The notes below the pieces were generated by a model. It searched no databases, was not told where the DNA came from, and saw only the letters and a program-made list of their open reading frames with translations. The translations under genes were made by a program, and so were the position numbers. From assembly GCA_030754595.1 (NCBI GenBank), contig JASLZZ010000134.1, positions 1-43,232 on the forward strand: DNA of 43,232 nucleotides. Reading direction: 5' to 3'. Shown here one piece after another: positions 39,688 through 43,232 of this stretch (positions are counted from its first letter, which is position 1; each line of letters begins with the position of its first letter). The DNA is from Nitrospinota bacterium (lineage in GTDB: Bacteria; UBA8248).

Positions 39688-41559
39688 ATGGCTGATCAAT
39701 CGGATGGAAGCGGCCACAACGGAGGACCTCAAAAGAAGGAAGTTGTAGAAGTCGAATCGGTTGCCATTCGTTTCGCCGGGGACAGCGGCGACGGAATGCA
39801 GCTAACGGGCGATCGATTTTCAACCGCATCGGCAATCGCGGGAAACGACCTGAGAACCTTTCCGGATTATCCCGCCGAGATTAGAGCCCCCATCGGTACC
39901 CTTGCGGGGGTGAGCGCTTTTCAAATCAATTTCAGCAGCAGCGACATCCATACGCCGGGCGACGTGCTCGATGTCCTGGTCGCCATGAACCCTGCCGCGA
40001 TGAAGGGCAATATCGAAGATCTCAAGCGCGGCGGAATACTCATCGCCAACTCGGACAGTTTCACCGAAAAGAATTTCCAGAAAGTGGATCTGGATTCGAA
40101 TCCCCTCGACAACGAAGAGATCAGGGGCAAATACCAGGTGCTCGAGGTGCCCATCACCGGTTTGACGCGCAACGCCCTCGAGGAGTTGGACCTTCAGTCC
40201 AACCTCGCCGACCGCTGTAAAAACTTTTTTGCTCTCGGTCTGATGTTCTGGATGTATTCGCGGCCGATGGAGCACACAAAGAGTTGGATCAAGGACAAGT
40301 TCGGTAGCCGCTCCGAAATTGTGGAGGCCAACGCGCGGGCGCTCGAGGCCGGGTATTACTACGGCGAGAACACCGAAATCATCGCCAACCAGTATGAAGT
40401 GCACGAGGCCACCTACCCCGAAGGAAGATACCGCAACATTTCGGGCAACGTGGCGGTGTCCTACGGGTTTATCGCCGCGGCCCAAAAACTGGGGCTCAAG
40501 CTTTTCTGCGGGGCCTATCCGATAACCCCGGCGAGTGAAGTTCTCCACGAGCTCTCCAAGCATAAGAATTTCGATGTCCTCACGTTCCAGGCCGAGGACG
40601 AAATCGCCGCGGTGTCGGCCGCCATCGGCGCCTCGTTCGCGGGCGCGCTCGGGGTCACCTGCTCGAGCGGGCCGGGCATCGCCCTCAAGGGAGAGGCTAT
40701 CGGCCTTGCCGTCATGACCGAGCTTCCGCTGGTCATTCTCAACGTTCAGCGCGCCGGCCCGAGCACGGGACTCCCCACCAAGACCGAGCAGTCCGACCTG
40801 CTCATGGCGGTTTACGGCCGAAACGGCGAGAGCCCGGTTCCGGTCATCGCGGCGAGCACCCCGGCGGATTGTTATTTTGCGGCCATCGAGGCTTCCCGGA
40901 TCGCCGTGAAGTACATGACGCCGGTCATGGTTCTGACCGACGGCTACCTGGCCAACGGCTCCGTTCCCTGGCTTCTTCCCTCCTTTTCGGATATCCCGGA
41001 AATGGCCGTCGAGCACCGGACCGACCCGGAAAATTTCATGCCCTACGTGCGCGATCCCGAAACCCTTTCCAGGCCCTGGGCCATTCCCGGCACCCCGGGG
41101 CTTCAGCATCGAATCGGAGGGATCGAAAAACAGGACGGCACCGGAAACGTCAATTACGATCCGGCCAACCATGAGCACATGGTCGTCATGCGGGCGGAGA
41201 AAATTGCTCGAATCGCGAAGGACATCGCACCGGTCGAGATCATGGGCGAGGAGAGCGGTAAAGTTCTGGTCGTGGGGTGGGGCGGGACCTATGGCGCCAT
41301 CACGGCGGCGATCGAAGCGCTTCAGGCTAGGGGCGCCTCCGTCTCCCAGGCTCATCTGAAGCACCTGCACCCGTTCCCGGCTAATTTCGAGGAAGTGATG
41401 AGGAAGTTCGATAAGGTTCTGGTGCCGGAACTGAACCTTGGGCAACTGGTCAAGCTGATTCGGTCGGAGTATGTAATCGATGCCATCGGCTACAGCAAAG
41501 TCCAGGGAAAACCCTTCAAGGTCAGCGAGCTTATTACTAAAATTGAGGAGCTGCTCTAG
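39688..41559 (+). CDS. korA: 2-oxoacid:ferredoxin oxidoreductase alpha subunit (gamma-alpha fusion)
   Basis: AGDSGDGMQL, YPITPAS, QAEDEIAA and QRAGPSTGLPTK. Confidence 0.95.
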   Translation: MADQSDGSGHNGGPQKKEVVEVESVAIRFAGDSGDGMQLTGDRFSTASAIAGNDLRTFPDYPAEIRAPIGTLAGVSAFQINFSSSDIHTPGDVLDVLVAMNPAAMKGNIEDLKRGGILIANSDSFTEKNFQKVDLDSNPLDNEEIRGKYQVLEVPITGLTRNALEELDLQSNLADRCKNFFALGLMFWMYSRPMEHTKSWIKDKFGSRSEIVEANARALEAGYYYGENTEIIANQYEVHEATYPEGRYRNISGNVAVSYGFIAAAQKLGLKLFCGAYPITPASEVLHELSKHKNFDVLTFQAEDEIAAVSAAIGASFAGALGVTCSSGPGIALKGEAIGLAVMTELPLVILNVQRAGPSTGLPTKTEQSDLLMAVYGRNGESPVPVIAASTPADCYFAAIEASRIAVKYMTPVMVLTDGYLANGSVPWLLPSFSDIPEMAVEHRTDPENFMPYVRDPETLSRPWAIPGTPGLQHRIGGIEKQDGTGNVNYDPANHEHMVVMRAEKIARIAKDIAPVEIMGEESGKVLVVGWGGTYGAITAAIEALQARGASVSQAHLKHLHPFPANFEEVMRKFDKVLVPELNLGQLVKLIRSEYVIDAIGYSKVQGKPFKVSELITKIEELL

Positions 41560-41561
41560 CC

Positions 41562-42587
41562 GTGGCAACCGAGGCTAAGTCAAACGGGATTGGACTCAAA
41601 TTATCGCGGAAGGATTTTCAGTCGGATCAAACCGTTCGCTGGTGCCCCGGCTGTGGGGATTACGCCATTTTAGCGGGCATTCAGAAACTTCTTCCCCAGC
41701 TGGGAATGCCAAGGGAGAATTTTGTGTTCGTGGGAGGGATCGGCTGCGCTGCCCGGTTCCCCTACTATATGAACACCTTCGGTTTTCATACCATTCACGG
41801 CCGGGCGCCGGGGTTCGCGACGGGGATCAAGGTCACCCAACCCGATCTTTCCGTTTGGGTGATTTCGGGGGACGGCGACGCACTGAGCATCGGCGGAAAC
41901 CATTTGATTCACGCCATGCGCCGGAACATCGGAATCAAAATTCTTCTCTTCAATAACAGAATTTACGGTCTCACCAAGGGACAGTACTCGCCCACCTCGC
42001 TGGTCGGCTCGAAGACGAAATCCACGCCGGTGGGTTCGATCGATTATCCCCTCCACCCGATTTCGCTCGCCGTCGGCGCGGAGTGCTCCTTTATCGCCCG
42101 GGCGGTGGACCGGGACCAGAAGCACATGGCGGAGGTCCTCGACGCGGCCGCCAGGCACGAGGGAACGGCCTTTGTCGAAATTATGCAGAACTGCATCGTT
42201 TTCAACGATGGGGCGTGGCACCAATACACCGAAAAAGGGCTCAAGGAGCAAAACGTGCTCTACCTTGAAGACGGGCAGCCCCTCGTTTTCGGCTCCGAGG
42301 ACGACCGGAAAGGGGTGAAGTTGCACGATTTCAAGACCGATGTTGTCGCCTCGGATGATCAGGATCTGACCGTCCACCGGGTGGACGACGAGGAAGGGGC
42401 TTATGTTCATATGCTCAGCCGCATGGAGGCCGACGGCGGACCGCTGCCCCTGGGGATTTTCCGTAATATCGATCGCCCGCCCTATGAGCGGATGGTAGGC
42501 GAGCAGGTCGCATCCGCCAAGGAGAAAGGCGTGGGGAGTGTCGATGATCTTCTCGCCAGCGGGGACACCTGGATCCACAAAAATTAA
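41562..42587 (+). CDS. korB: 2-oxoacid:ferredoxin oxidoreductase beta subunit
   Basis: WCPGCGD, GIGC, HGR, TPP motif GDGD...NN and YGLTKGQ. Confidence 0.95.
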   Translation: MATEAKSNGIGLKLSRKDFQSDQTVRWCPGCGDYAILAGIQKLLPQLGMPRENFVFVGGIGCAARFPYYMNTFGFHTIHGRAPGFATGIKVTQPDLSVWVISGDGDALSIGGNHLIHAMRRNIGIKILLFNNRIYGLTKGQYSPTSLVGSKTKSTPVGSIDYPLHPISLAVGAECSFIARAVDRDQKHMAEVLDAAARHEGTAFVEIMQNCIVFNDGAWHQYTEKGLKEQNVLYLEDGQPLVFGSEDDRKGVKLHDFKTDVVASDDQDLTVHRVDDEEGAYVHMLSRMEADGGPLPLGIFRNIDRPPYERMVGEQVASAKEKGVGSVDDLLASGDTWIHKN

Positions 42588-42602
42588 CGAGGCTTGATCG
42601 GG

Positions 42603-42638
42603 AAGCCGCCGGCCGTGGGCCGGCGGCTTTTCTTTTTT
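42603..42638 (+). terminator. Intrinsic terminator after korB
   Basis: AAGCCGCCGGCC-GTG-GGCCGGCGGCTT followed by TTCTTTTTT. Confidence 0.85.
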
Positions 42639-42668
42639 CGGATTGAGCTTCAGCTGCAGGGGTGCGCG

Positions 42669-43232
42669 ATGCCTACTCTCAATTCCGGGAGTTCCTCCCG
42701 CCGGTTCACCCTTCTATTGGTTCACGCCCATCCGGATGACGAATGCAGCGGTACGGGCGGCTTGATCATCCGCTGCGCCGAGGCGGGTCACACCACCGTT
42801 CTGATCACCTGCACAAACGACGACCGGGGCCAGGTGAACGGCCTCTCTCTCCGGCCGGAGGAGAGCGCCGATGCCGCCGCCGATCCCTCGCGGCTCGCCG
42901 GTCTCTCTCCCTGGTGGGTGAAGAAGATCTACCACACGGCATGGGCCCGCTCGCGGATGCTTCGCTCCTGGCGCTGGATGCGCCGCCTGGGGAGGAAAAC
43001 TCCGCTGGACGACCCGAAGTTCGACGAGACGAAATTCGGAACGCCGGATGAGGAAATCACAACCCGAATCGATGTCCAATCTGTTCGGCGGAAAAAATGG
43101 CGTGCGCTTTTCACTCATGAAAGCCAACTCGGAAACAATTTTTTTTGGTGGTTTTTTCGGTTGGCGGGCCGCTGGCTTTTTCCGGACGAGAGCTTTGTGC
43201 TGGTTAGGAGCGAGGCTCCCTCCTTGAGCCGG
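42669..43232 (+). pseudogene. PIG-L/LmbE-family deacetylase (MshB/Mca-like) with an apparent in-frame internal deletion; 3' partial
   Basis: Open frame from the ATG at 42669 to the window end (not in the ORF track): LLVHAHPDDE, LITCT, then directly AAADP..PWWVKKIY, ITTRIDV, HESQ and ESFVL. The central region is missing. Confidence 0.7.

Noticed and set aside
39820..42578. Antisense ORFs of 582 aa and 302 aa opposite korAB
   Set aside because: Same shadow-ORF effect; they fully overlap well-supported genes.

Overview
GC-rich bacterial chromosomal window, almost all housekeeping, stress and respiration genes; no rRNA, tRNA or CRISPR array was recognised. Left to right: the right end of an IS3-family element (1-141); small accessory genes (membrane hydrolase-like protein, an 80-aa orphan, M16 peptidase, Zn-dependent dehydrogenase, DEDDh exonuclease, BI-1/YccA, MFS); a minus-strand Rrf2(IscR-like)-HesB/IscA-radical SAM unit; a heat-shock cluster (clpB-dnaK-class II dnaJ-hspR-htpX-grpE-dnaJ); rpoZ, an aminotransferase, HU/IHF, queA and a TrmJ-like methyltransferase; a triply frameshifted REC-HPt gene; a second Rrf2 gene ahead of a coxBAC(D) oxidase operon; a convergent molybdoenzyme operon; several enzymes, korAB and an internally deleted PIG-L deacetylase running off the end. 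The main observations are three. (1) The radical SAM ORF is truncated in the ORF track: its TGA reads as selenocysteine in a C-U-A-E-P tail with a SECIS-like hairpin, and the unit has an IscR-type operator. (2) The A1-type oxidase keeps its D-channel but lacks four canonical K-channel residues across two subunits. (3) The molybdoenzyme has no Tat signal and a ferredoxin-NrfD fusion, and its substrate is unknown. All calls come from motif reading by eye; no database searches were run.
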